This document shows positions 39,200 to 49,720 of a stretch of DNA of 64,000 bases, piece after piece (positions within the stretch are counted from its first letter, which is position 1; each line of letters begins with the position of its first letter). The notes beneath the pieces were generated by a model. It ran no database searches and had not been told where the DNA came from. It saw nothing but the letters and a program-made list of their open reading frames with translations. Source of the stretch: Lama glama (lineage: Eukaryota); the NCBI GenBank assembly GCA_028534125.1, contig CM052816.1, forward strand, positions 82,710,001-82,774,000, written 5' to 3'. Both the position numbers and the translations under genes were made by a program.

Positions 39200-39760
39200 A
39201 AAAGAGATTATTGAGGTTTGCTTCCAATCAATTTTTATAAATATTTCATGTCACCTAAAACTGTTTAATCTCTGTCATTAAGGTTTAAAAAGTGATCTAT
39301 AGTTTTACTGGAACAATATATTATATGATTTGGAAGCAGTGTTTCTTTATTATGTGAATTTATGGCAGTCAGTTGAATTTTCCAACTATGGACTTTATGC
39401 TGAATTTCCTTGCACTTCCTTCTACTTTAGCTTTATCAATTTTGATGCTTTTTTATTTGGTAAAGATAGATTTACAGTGCTTGTGTCTTTTATGGTTTAT
39501 ATCTCTTTTTATCAATTTAAATGTTAATCCCTGAATTCACATTTGTCTGCAGTCACATTGTGATCTAAAGTTAATATTAGCTTGGTTAATGACTTTGTCC
39601 TCATTTTAAAAATAATTCAGAAATGATGTTTGAGAGTAGTTGATTGTTTACTAGATTTTGTGATTTAATCTGTGTTTAATTTCTTCCCCTTGTGGTCATT
39701 TGGAAGATTTATTTTGTACATGGATTATATTATATATTTAGTATATTTAAACTTTTTTAA
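39200..39760 (-). mobile_element. Ancient L1 fragment
   Basis: 'ctttatcaattttgatgcttttttatttggtaaagatagatttac...tttttatcaatttaaatg' resembles the antisense L1 endonuclease region. Confidence 0.5.
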
Positions 39761-40599
39761 ATTTATCAACTTTAAAAATTAAAAAGGTGTTCTAGATTTC
39801 CCTATGATAATAATGCTGGCCTTAATTGTAATCTATTAATAAATATTCCTAAGACACATACAGGTCAAAAAAGAGAGAATATAAAATAACCCATAGACCA
39901 TGATTCCATATTTCTAGGATATAATGACAGTCAACTTTTATTTACATGTAAGTGGGGAAATACATATCTGAGACTTACAAACTTGGGTACAGAGCCCACA
40001 TTAGATACACAGAAGTGAAATACAGATATTACTAATGAGGGCTCATTTTCAGAAGGAGAAAACTCTTCCATGAGTGGAAATACTAAAAACAAGTCTTAAT
40101 GAATTAAAACACTGGCTATTGGTGATTAGCAAGAAAAAAGTTTGAAAAATGTGTGAGACCGGACATGGCAGTCTTAGAAAGATACTGTTTCATGGAGAAG
40201 AAAATATTTTGGAAGGGGAGGATATCCCTTGTAGGCTTAGTCGTAGAATAAAGAAGTGAATGTTGAAGGAGCATAATAAAACAAAAGAAAAGAAAAGAAA
40301 TAGAAGGTGAGAGACAAAAAAAGAAAAGTACCATATTAGGGAGGTGGTACTTGACTGTAGCACGAAAGAGTCTGCCCTTAGATGGAGAAATTAAACAGCC
40401 TTCTCATATCCTTTATAGGCTCACCTACTATTGCCAGTCTAAAAATTGTTCTAGAACTTAAACACCAAAAAAATATTAATCATAAATTGTTATAAGAAAA
40501 AAATGAAAATAAGAATAAAAAACTTTAACAGAAAATACACAAACATGTTCATATATACACATGTAATAATAATCTATGAAACAAATTTAATAATAAAAC

Positions 40600-40639
40600 A
40601 AGCAAATATGGATATGAAAGTAAGCAAATATGGATATGA
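40600..40639. repeat. Local tandem duplication AAGCAAATATGGATATGA x2 (period 22)
   Basis: Copies at 40600-40617 and 40622-40639. Confidence 0.9.
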
Positions 40640-41445
40640 TAGACAAAATTGTAAACCAAGACCTATTACATTTCAGGAAGGATTCTGAAGAAAAAGAAAG
40701 AAAAGCATTTTTTAAATAAGAACAAATTGCAAATTTGAATACATCTACTGAGAGTTCATTGAGGAACACAAGGGATTGAATAAAAAGATGCAAGCAAATT
40801 AAACAGGAAAAGAAGTATTTAAAACGAAGAAATGAAGGGATAGGTAAAGAAGATAAATATCCAACATAAATATAATTGGATCTTCTGAAAAATAGAAATA
40901 ATCACTAGGTAAAAAGAACTTATATTTAATATTAAATATATTTAAAACCACTTTTCAGAAATCAAAGGAAATACAAAACTGCATTTTGAAAGGATCTAGG
41001 TCTCAATTAGTAAAACGGACCTAAAAACATCAACTCTGAGACATAATGTTTTCAACCATTAAACTTTAACATTAAATATGGTTTCTTTGGGCATCCATGC
41101 AAAACATCAAAGAAAGGAAAAAAAATTTAAAAATCAAGTTTGTTATAAAATGACTTAATAGCATTAAATGCTATTGTAATGTTAAAATGTACAACTTTAG
41201 AGCAACATTGTTTTTAAACTCGAAAGGAGGAAACGAAGTTTGATCTAAAAAATTTCTTCTCAGCCAAATTTTATAGGAAATATCAGAATTATAGAAAATA
41301 CTATTTTCAACATTAAGTAACATAATAAATATTATACCTATGAGCTATTTCAGAAGAATTTATTATGGAAGATATATTATAGAAAGGACTTAATCTCAAC
41401 CATGAGATGACTGAGAAAATTACGCAGAAGAATGTACGGCAAGAA

Positions 41446-41475
41446 ACACACACACACACACATACACATACACAT
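41446..41475. repeat. (CA)n/(CATA)n microsatellite
   Basis: Read directly. Confidence 0.9.
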
Positions 41476-42081
41476 GCATTAAGTCTATGATTAAAACAAA
41501 GGCTGAAAGGACGATAGAATAATAATGTATAAAACTATATGCTCTGAAATAGTAAACATTACAATAACAAACTGAGAAAAAAGGGAGATGATGCTAGTTT
41601 AGGATCATTCCCAATAAATTATACTTGCATAAAACTTTAAAAAGACCAATTTCCACAGAATATTCAAAGAATTACATCCCTCCCTCACAGCAAAGAAAGT
41701 CCCAGACAAGACAATGGAAGCTTCAGACAAGACAATTTCTGATTATAGTTCTACAAACTTTCAAAGACAAGATACTTTCAAAGCTGTCTAAACTGTTCCT
41801 AATAATAAAAAAGAAGAAAGAAAAAAAATCTCCAAATTATTTTCATGAAATAGCATAATACTGACACTTATACCAGTATAATAAAAGTAAATCACAACTC
41901 AATCTATGTAATAATTACCATAAAAAGTTCCAAAATGTTATCAAGAAAATCCAGTAGCACATTAAAAATAACATAGAATGATCAACTAGGGCATATTCCA
42001 GAAATAAAAAGTTAATTCAATATCAGGATAGTCAACACCTTAATTAACTAGAGTAGTAGAAGAATGGAGAAAAATAGAAAC

Positions 42082-42174
42082 TTTTTTTTTTTAAATGGAG
42101 GTAGTGGGAATTGAATCCAGGACCTCATGCATGCTAAGCATGTGCTGCACCACTTGAGTTCTACCCTCCCTCCA
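42082..42174 (-). mobile_element. tRNA-Ala-derived camelid SINE (vic-1 type)
   Basis: Revcomp GGGAGGGTAGAACTCAAGTGGTGCAGCACATGCTTAGCATGCATGAGGTCCTGGATTCAATTCCCACTACCTCC, then ATTT and A11; AGC anticodon loop; AGAAAC direct repeat at 42076-42081 and 42175-42180. Confidence 0.88.
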
Positions 42175-42565
42175 AGAAACACCTTTATAGATACTTATAA
42201 AACAGTGACAAAACTGAACATTATTTATAATGAAAAAACAATAAATTACAAATCAGCCAATGAATATTTGTTACTTATCTATCATATATATGAGAAAAAT
42301 GGCCTGTTTCTTAATGAAGAAAAAATGAAAGCATTCTAGATGAAGTTGGGAGGTAGGCAAGCTCTCCATATCCTCATTTCTGTTTGACAATGTATAATGC
42401 ACCAAAGCAAGATAGAACAACTAGAGGCATAAGAATGAATTTTATTTGCAGTTAATAACCCCAATAGTATCAAAAAAAAGAATACCTTATACATTTATTT
42501 AGTAAGGAAGTAGGATATAAAAGTAACATATAAAATTCATCATATTCAGATATATTCACATATAT

Positions 42566-42806
42566 TAGTGGTTCACAGTACTGTGCAATTTTGCCCCTCC
42601 CTCTCAGAGGGACATTTGAACAAGTCTGGAAACATTTTTGATTGTCACAGTAGTAGGAATGGAATTGAGGGTGCTGCTGGCCTCTGGTGAACAGCATCCA
42701 GCCATACTGTGGCTAACCATCCTACAAGGCACAGGAAAGTTCCTACCTCCCCAGCGAAGAAATATCCAGGCCAAAATGATAATAATGCCAAAGCTGAGAA
42801 ACTCTG
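42566..42806 (+). mobile_element. MER20 hAT-Charlie MITE, full length
   Basis: 'tagtggttcaca...gggacatttgaacaagtctggaaacatttttgattgtcac...catcctacaaggcacagga...ccaaaatgataataatgccaaagctgagaaactctg'; degenerate 8-bp TSD acatatat/atatatac. Confidence 0.88.
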
Positions 42807-43534
42807 ATATATACTAACAGTTAGATTATATAAGGGAAATGAAATATAAAATATCTAAAAATAAGCAACAATTTAAGGGTAAATATTTATCAGGAAAGTT
42901 TAAAAATGAAATAAATTTCATCAAATCGAAAGACATCCAGTGTTCTTGAAGAAGAATGATCGTCATAAAAATTTTTAGTTCTCTCTGAATTACTAAGCAA
43001 ATTTAATGTAACACCCATAAGAAAGCAGACACTTTTTTTTTGGAGCGTGACAAGTTGATTGAAAAAATAAAAATTAAACCAGAAAAAAAGGGATATAAAA
43101 ATAAAAAGAATAACTAGGAAAACTATGAATAATTTTAAGGATCTATAGCATATCACATATAATGAAAGTGACATTTCAGATCATTGAGGAGAAGATAATA
43201 TTCATGTGGGTATAAATAATCTCTATTGATTATAAATAACATAGCATCACTGATGAAGTAGCATTTTTGTCTAAATTTTGAATCTAACCAAAAAAAACCT
43301 ATATAGCTACCTATATATCTACCAGTTTATAAGAAAGATAATAGGATCAAGTCAAATGACACTGCAAGATAAAAATTAGTTGAATTGAGGATGTGGAAAA
43401 AGCTGCAAGAAAAATGAGCTAGTTACTTCATGAAAGATATTAAATGAAAGGTATTAAAAAGAGAGAGGTAATCCTTATTGATTACATATATGTATATAAA
43501 TACATATAATCTAAAGACAATGAGATACATGCAA

Positions 43535-43697
43535 TACAGATCTGGACCCAACTTGCAGGTTGAATCCAAGTTCAGCTAAGCTCAGTCTAAATCAGCTGAT
43601 TCCCAACTGAGGAGAGAATTAAAAAAAAAAGTGTTGTTTTAAGCCATTATGTTTCTAACACAGTATTACTGTGCCATAAGTAAATAAGTGAATACCA
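43535..43697 (+). mobile_element. MaLR LTR 3' part (MLT1J/K-like)
   Basis: 'cagctaagctcagtctaaatcagctga...tgttgttttaagccattatg...acagtattactgtgccata'. Confidence 0.6.
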
Positions 43698-43719
43698 GGA
43701 TAATAAACAAGATCTTTGA

Positions 43720-44340
43720 AAGGTTCTTGGATGGTGGTACTGACAAAAGTATCAAGAGTGGGTGGGGCAAATGCATATTCTTCTGAAGATAAACCTCTGT
43801 CCCTTCACATGGAAGGAGGTTAATAAAATGTATGTAATATCGTGTTACTGGCTTGTTCCTTCAAAGACAAATAACCTACCAGAAAGTCAGTTTGGGGTTC
43901 TGTTGTCATCAGGTGATTAGTTTTGGTGAGTGGAAGTCCATATTGGTGAACAGATGCCTAAATTATATCACTTTTACCACGGTCCTTTTTTTTTTTTTTC
44001 TTCATGAGTCATGAACAAGTACTGAAGAGGGAAGAGAAGTAGGATTCTTTGCAGTGGGAACATTCGAATAGGAAACATATATCCTTACCTGAGGGCACAT
44101 TTTGAGTGTTCAATCTTACACTTCTTCCCAGATCTCCTGGCATCACTCTTACCCTATCTGTGTCATTGATCTAGCCATGTCATTAACTGTGTAGACCTGT
44201 ATTTCTGGCCATCTCCCCTTCCAGGAAATGGACAAACAAATGTCCTGCTTAAAGTTCTCTCCATGGAGGGATGTGACATCCCCACTGTTTTTCTGGCCTA
44301 ATTTAGACTGTAATGCTGCAGTGGTTCATTTAAAGCATGA
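43720..44340 (-). mobile_element. ERVL/MaLR internal sequence with decayed pol RNase H remnant
   Basis: Revcomp 'ccctccatggagagaactttaagcaggacatttgtttgtccatttcctggaaggggagatggccaga' resembles ERVL pol SSQWAELRAVHLVVHFAWKEKWP. Confidence 0.6.
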
Positions 44341-44379
44341 AAAAATATATATAAAAAAAACAAGACTGATATTTTTTCT

Positions 44380-46760
44380 GTTATCAACTGGTCATGGAGA
44401 ACTCTCCATGTGGTTTTAGATGCAGACTGAGAAGAGAAATATTTGGTGAAACTGATGGTGACCTTAGGAATTTGGCTATGTTGCCAGAGCATAGCCAGCA
44501 AGTAGGAAAATAATACACACAAAATTATACCTTCAAATTTTCAAAAAGTATATCAATCCCTGCTAAGGCTTTAAATGAGAAGTTGCTAGAAAAGCACTGG
44601 AAATTATTTGAAGAAAATAATTCTGATGGTATACTCACAAATGACTTCATTGAGAGAGAATTTTGGAAGATATTGAAATACAGTCACCTTAAACACTTGA
44701 TGGAAAAAAAGCAAGGTTTAAATGATAAATAAATATTCAAAGAGCTTGACATGATTTTACAAAGATGTTAAGCTCAGATTGAATTTTTTGTATAAAACCT
44801 GAAAAGAATATAATCAAGAATCAGTCACATCCCAAATAATGATCTGATATGTATGGGGAAAAATTTTTAACAAAGGATAAGAAAGATGATCTGAGTTATG
44901 CTCAGAGGAAGAAGAGCCAGAAAGCTGTCATCTCACTCCCTGAAAAATATGTTATAATGCTAATGATGGTACTGAGAAAAAAATTTTCCTCCACTCCTGT
45001 TGTGCTTTCTTTTTTTGTTGTTAAGGGAGTCACACTGCAATAGAAAATTTAGCACTTGCTATTGGTAAGATGAAATTCAAATCCAAACAAAGACGGGAAA
45101 TTGTAAGAGAGCAACTGTGTTATTTTTCGTATTTTACACTTTATGAATTAAATTCTGAGGCACTAAAAGATATGACAGTTAAAATGAAGAATCATCACCC
45201 ATAAAAATGAGTAGAGAAGTATAGGAAAACTTAGATAGTCAAAGGCATTTACAAGTGTTGAGGCCAGATAGAAGGCATATTCTGCAACCAGAGATCTTGA
45301 TGTCAGTTTTGAATAATTTCCCTGAGTCTATTCATAAAAGAACAGTGTTGGAACACCTATAAAGGAGAGTGGCGATGATGAGGAACTAATAAAACCTCAT
45401 TAAATAAGTCACACTAGGCTAGCTCAATTGTCTTTTTTGATATGGTTATGAGACTATAAGCTACAGACAGGGTGAAAATGATTTTCAGCAAGCTGTTTAA
45501 CACTCACATGATTTCCTGTTGTGTAAAATAGAGAAATGTACACAGCAAGACAAATTAGGTGAATGAATATAACCAAACAGTAATAAACAAGGCTCAAGTT
45601 CAAGTCATTTTGACATGTTCTATGATTTTTCCCCTGATGCTCTTCTTTAATGGATCTCTATGAATTGGATGCAAATTTTGATAACAGTCTCACTAAATTT
45701 GTTCAGACACAGAGTTGGAAATAATAATAGATATTCTGGTTAATAAATTCAGCATTCAAAAAGATATCTTCAGGCTAGGAAGATGGGTTAAATGCAAAAG
45801 TTTACAGTTAAAAATGGGCAGCGATGGACAGACAAAAACAAAAACAGATAAAGAAGGAGGAGGAGGAAAGGAGAACATAAATGAAGTAAGATAATGATAT
45901 AATGATGAAAAATAGCAACTTTAATTAGGTGTCAGATAAGCATAAACAAAAGCTATGATCTAGAAATGCCAATTGGAGCAAACTTTCATTTTAAACAGGT
46001 TTACCCAAAAATGGCTACTCAATGAATAATGCTTTCGGGCACTCTTGGGGACCCTTTACTTGAATAGATTCCTCAACTTGAATTTGGGCTGGCCCTAAGA
46101 CTCAATATAAACTAACAGTGTGATTCCAATGCAACACTGAAATGACATCTAGGCTAGTCGGAAAAAGTCTTGTAGGTTTGCCTTGGTTGCTTAGAATGCT
46201 CACTCTGGATGAAGCAAGATGCAGTATGAATCTGACAGTCTTAGGATGACTATGCAGTGAGGTGTCCAAACTAACTACTTTGAGAAAGAGTTGGTTAATC
46301 TGACCAGGCATCAAACATGTAAGTGGAGAAGCATCCATCTGACTCCAGCCCCAGCTACCATCTAATTGTAACCTTATGTGAGACCCTGGAGCAATAACTG
46401 TCCAGCCATGTCTGTCAATCCCTAGATACATGACAAATAATGATAAATAGTTGTCTTTATGTGCTCAGTTTTACAGTGGTTTCTACAAGCAAGAGGTACT
46501 TGATTTGGGCTTAGGCTATGTGGATAGAGTTATATTTCTATTTAGAACAAAGGATGGCAGGGGCTAAGGGTGGGGAGGGGTGGGAGGAGTGGCCTTATTT
46601 CAGACCATCAGTGCTTCATTTTGAGGGCTGTACTTTAAGAAGTTTGCTCACAGATTGAATTTTATCATGAGAGAGGAAGAGGATTATGAGTGAGTCATTT
46701 GGTGGAAGAAATGCCAATAACTAAAGATATTTTGCTTGAAGAACAAACACAGATAAGTTA
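44380..46760 (+). mobile_element. L3/CR1 LINE ORF2 relic, split by an MLT1 LTR
   Basis: 'aagtcacactaggctagctcaattgtcttttttgatatggtta' (KSCQTNLISFFD-like), 'gattttcagcaagctgtttaac' (DFSKAFD-like), 'aaatttgttcagacacagagttgg' (KFADDTKL-like), 'attcaaaaagatatcttcaggctagga'; L3 3' part at 46500-46760. Confidence 0.7.
45995..46500 (+). mobile_element. MaLR LTR (MLT1H-like) nested in L3
   Basis: 'cttgaatttgggctggccct', 'catgtaagtggagaagc...ccagccccagctaccatctaattgtaaccttatgtgagaccctg'. Confidence 0.7.
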
Positions 46761-47639
46761 AAAACATATCTCTTACTTCACCTAGGAGAGCTTCGGTTTG
46801 TGGCTGTTGCCTCAATGTCTCTCTCATTTACACTGAACCAATTCTTCATTACATTAAAATAAATTAGGAAGGGTTAACTTTCCCCACTTTGTACTTCCAG
46901 TTTCCATTATGGTCTCACCTAATAGTGTGTGGGAACTTTGCATTAGGTGCAATTTTCACTCTAACATGTAGTTTAATTTGAAAAATGATCAGCTAACGAT
47001 TCTTCTTTCAACATTTTCAAGATACCAATTACCAATATCTCCCTTTCAAAAAGAGAGTTTATGGCACAAACTGACAAACCTAAGTAGTCTCAGACATGAG
47101 TACAAAGACAACTAAACTTATTGGACTCAGATTGTAATCTGAGAAATATTCAATGTTCACTGACCCTTTGAACAGTGGAGCTTTAGTCTGAGACATCAAA
47201 TAAGTTACTAGGTTGTGGTCCACACTGTAAGTTGAACATAAAAAGAAATTACAAGTTATAGATGCCTGAGATATATATGAGAAATAGAAGCTAAGTGACA
47301 CTGTTGAGGAACTAATGTAGGGAGAAAAGTTTGAACGTCCCTGATAATGTGTTTTTGTCACTTATTTCATGACGTAAATACATAACTATATATTTTATAT
47401 TGTTAACAACATTTTACTCTGAAATAAACACACTTGGTATCAATACTTTATAAAAATATCTGTTACATAATAAATTAAGAAATAAATCTCTGTTTCTCAA
47501 GAAAGTTGACAATGAATGTGTCTCATGCAGTTGATCAAAGTTTGTTGTTCAGCATGAGGGCTATCACAAATGATACATATACAAGAAAACATAAATCTGT
47601 TTAAGGACTATTGACTTCTACTTCATAATTTAAAAGTCA

Positions 47640-49720
47640 TTGTCAGAAGATTGTGCATAAAAATCAAAGACAAAGATAAAATATTGACAGAAGCTGTAGG
47701 GGAAGGAGGAGCACACCTTACATATGCAGGAAAAGGAAAATAATTATTGTCTGAAACCATGCAAGCAAGAAGAGATTGTGGTGAAGTATTTAATATGTTG
47801 AGGGAAAACAAAAACAATAACAACAACTTTGAATTTTATATCCAGCAAAACTACTCTTCAAAAGTGAAGTAGAGTTTGACAGATAACAAAAACTTAAAGA
47901 GAATTTGTCACCAGCAGACTTCTCATGCAAGAAATTTTACTTTATTATTTTTTTAAAATAATTAATTAATTAAATTTATATTGAAGTATAGTTGATTTAC
48001 AATGGTGTGTTAGTTTCTGGTGTATAGCAAAGTGATTCAGTTATATATATATACACATACATATATTCTTTTTCAGATTCTATTCCATTATACTTCATTA
48101 CAAGATGTTGAATATAGTTCCCTGTGCTATACAGTAGGACCTTGTTTATCTATTTTATGTATAGTAGTTTGTATCTGCTAATCCCATACTCCTAATTTAT
48201 CTCTCCCCTCTTCCCTTTTGGTAACTGTAAATTTGTTTTCTATGTCTCTGAGTCTGTTTCATTTGTAAGTAAGTTTTGTTTTGTATCATTTTTTAGATTT
48301 CATATATAAGTGATATATGATATTTTTCTTTCTTTGCCTGACTTACTACTTACTTAGTGTGCCAATCTCCATGTCCATCCATGTTGCTGCAAATTGCATT
48401 ATTTCATTCTTTTTATGGCTGAGCAATATTCCATTGTATATAGATACCAAAACATCTTTATCCAGTCAACTGTCAATGGACATTCAGATTGTTTCCATGT
48501 CTTGGCTATTGTATATAATACTGCTATGAACATTGGGGTGCATGTATCTTTTCCAATTAGAGTTCCCTCCAGATATATGCCTGGGAGTGGGATTGCTGGA
48601 TCATGTGGTAAGTCTATTTTTAGTTTTTAAGGAATCTCCATAATATTTTCCATAATCACTGCATCAAACTACATTTCCAACAATGTAGGAGGGTTCCCTT
48701 TTCTCCACACCCTCTCCAGCATTTATTGTTTATGGACTTTTTAATGATGGCCATTCTGACTGGTGTGAGATGAAACCTCATGGTAATCTTGATTTTCATT
48801 TCTCTAATAATCAGTGATATTGAGCATTTTTTCATGTGCCTATTGGACATTTGTATGTCTTTATTGGAGAAATGCTTGTTTAAGTCTTCTGCCCATTTTT
48901 GGATTGGGTTGTTTGTTATTTTGTTATTAAGTTGTATTAGCTGTTTATATATTTTGTCAATTAAGCCCTTGTCAGTCACATCATTTGTAAATATTTTCTC
49001 CCATTCCATAGGTTGTCTTTTTGTTTTATTTACAGTTTCCTTTGCTGTGCAAAAGCTTATAAGTTTAATTAGGTCCTGTTTATTTTTGCTCTTATTTCTA
49101 TTGCTTGTGTAGACTGCCCTAGGAGAACATTGCTAAGATTTATATTAGAGAATATTTTGCCATATGACATGCATTTCACAAAAATTAGCTTAAAAGGATC
49201 ATAGATCTAAATGTAAAATTCAAAAGTACAAAATCTCTTAAAGAAAGTATATAAGAAAAACTAAGTTAACTTGGATTCAGTGATGAGCTTCCTTCCAGAA
49301 ACACAAAACCCCAGACTAATCAGGAGGAAAAAATTAGACAAATTCCAATTGAAAGATACTCTACAAAGTACCTGACCAGTACTCCACAAAGCTGTCAAGG
49401 TCATCCAAAACAAGGAAGTCCCCAAAAATATAACAACCAAGAGAAGCCTAAGAAGACAAGAAACTAAATGTGATGTGGCATTCTGAATAGGATTCTGAAC
49501 AGAAAAAAGACATCAAGGAAAAACTGAGGAAATCTGAAGAAAATGTGGATTTTGGTGTATATATCAGTATTTACACTAATCCTACCACGTGTACTTAGTA
49601 ATGTAAGATGTTAATAATAGAGGAAACTAGATAAGGTGTATATGGGACCTTTCTGTACTAGCTTTGCAATTTTTCTTTAAATCTAAAATTCCTAAAAATA
49701 CAAATAATTTTTAAAACTAT
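47640..49720 (+). mobile_element. L1MC-type element: ORF1 piece (47640-47939), ORF2 piece (49167-49288), 3'UTR (49289-49720)
   Basis: 'gaaaccatgcaagcaagaagag...tatccagcaaaactactcttcaaaagtgaag'; 'tttcacaaaaattagcttaaaaggatcatagatctaaatgtaaaa'; 'cctgaccagtactccacaaagctgtcaaggtcatc'. Confidence 0.7.
47940..49166 (-). mobile_element. 5'-truncated camelid/cetartiodactyl L1 (ORF2 C-terminus and 3'UTR)
   Basis: ORF 48656..49009 ([17 protein letters not shown]...[15 protein letters not shown]) is the L1 ORF2 cysteine-rich domain; 3' end 'tattgaagtatagttgatttacaatggtgtgttagtttctggtgtatagcaaagtgattcag'. Confidence 0.93.

Larger units (their letters stand above)
40500..41600 (+). mobile_element. HAL1 (half-L1) remnant
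   Basis: 'catcaactctgagacata...ctttgggcatccatgcaaaacatcaa' and 'catgagatgactgagaaaattacgcagaagaatg' match recalled HAL1. Confidence 0.6.
41600..43530 (+). mobile_element. Ancient L1 (L1MC5-like) ORF2 remnants and 3'UTR, hosting a SINE and MER20
   Basis: 'ccaaattattttcatgaaatagcataatactgacac', 'atgatcaactagggcatattccagaaat' (decayed HDQVGFIPG); 3'UTR-like sequence at 43230-43520. Confidence 0.65.

Noticed and set aside
41703..41736. CAGACAAGACAAT direct repeat (period 21), with similar pairs at 37648 and 40600
   Set aside because: Two-copy local slippage duplications inside old LINEs; not arrays or CRISPR-like.
42097..42170. tRNA-Ala(AGC) gene
   Set aside because: Substitutions in the D and T arms, an A-tail and a flanking direct repeat indicate a SINE.
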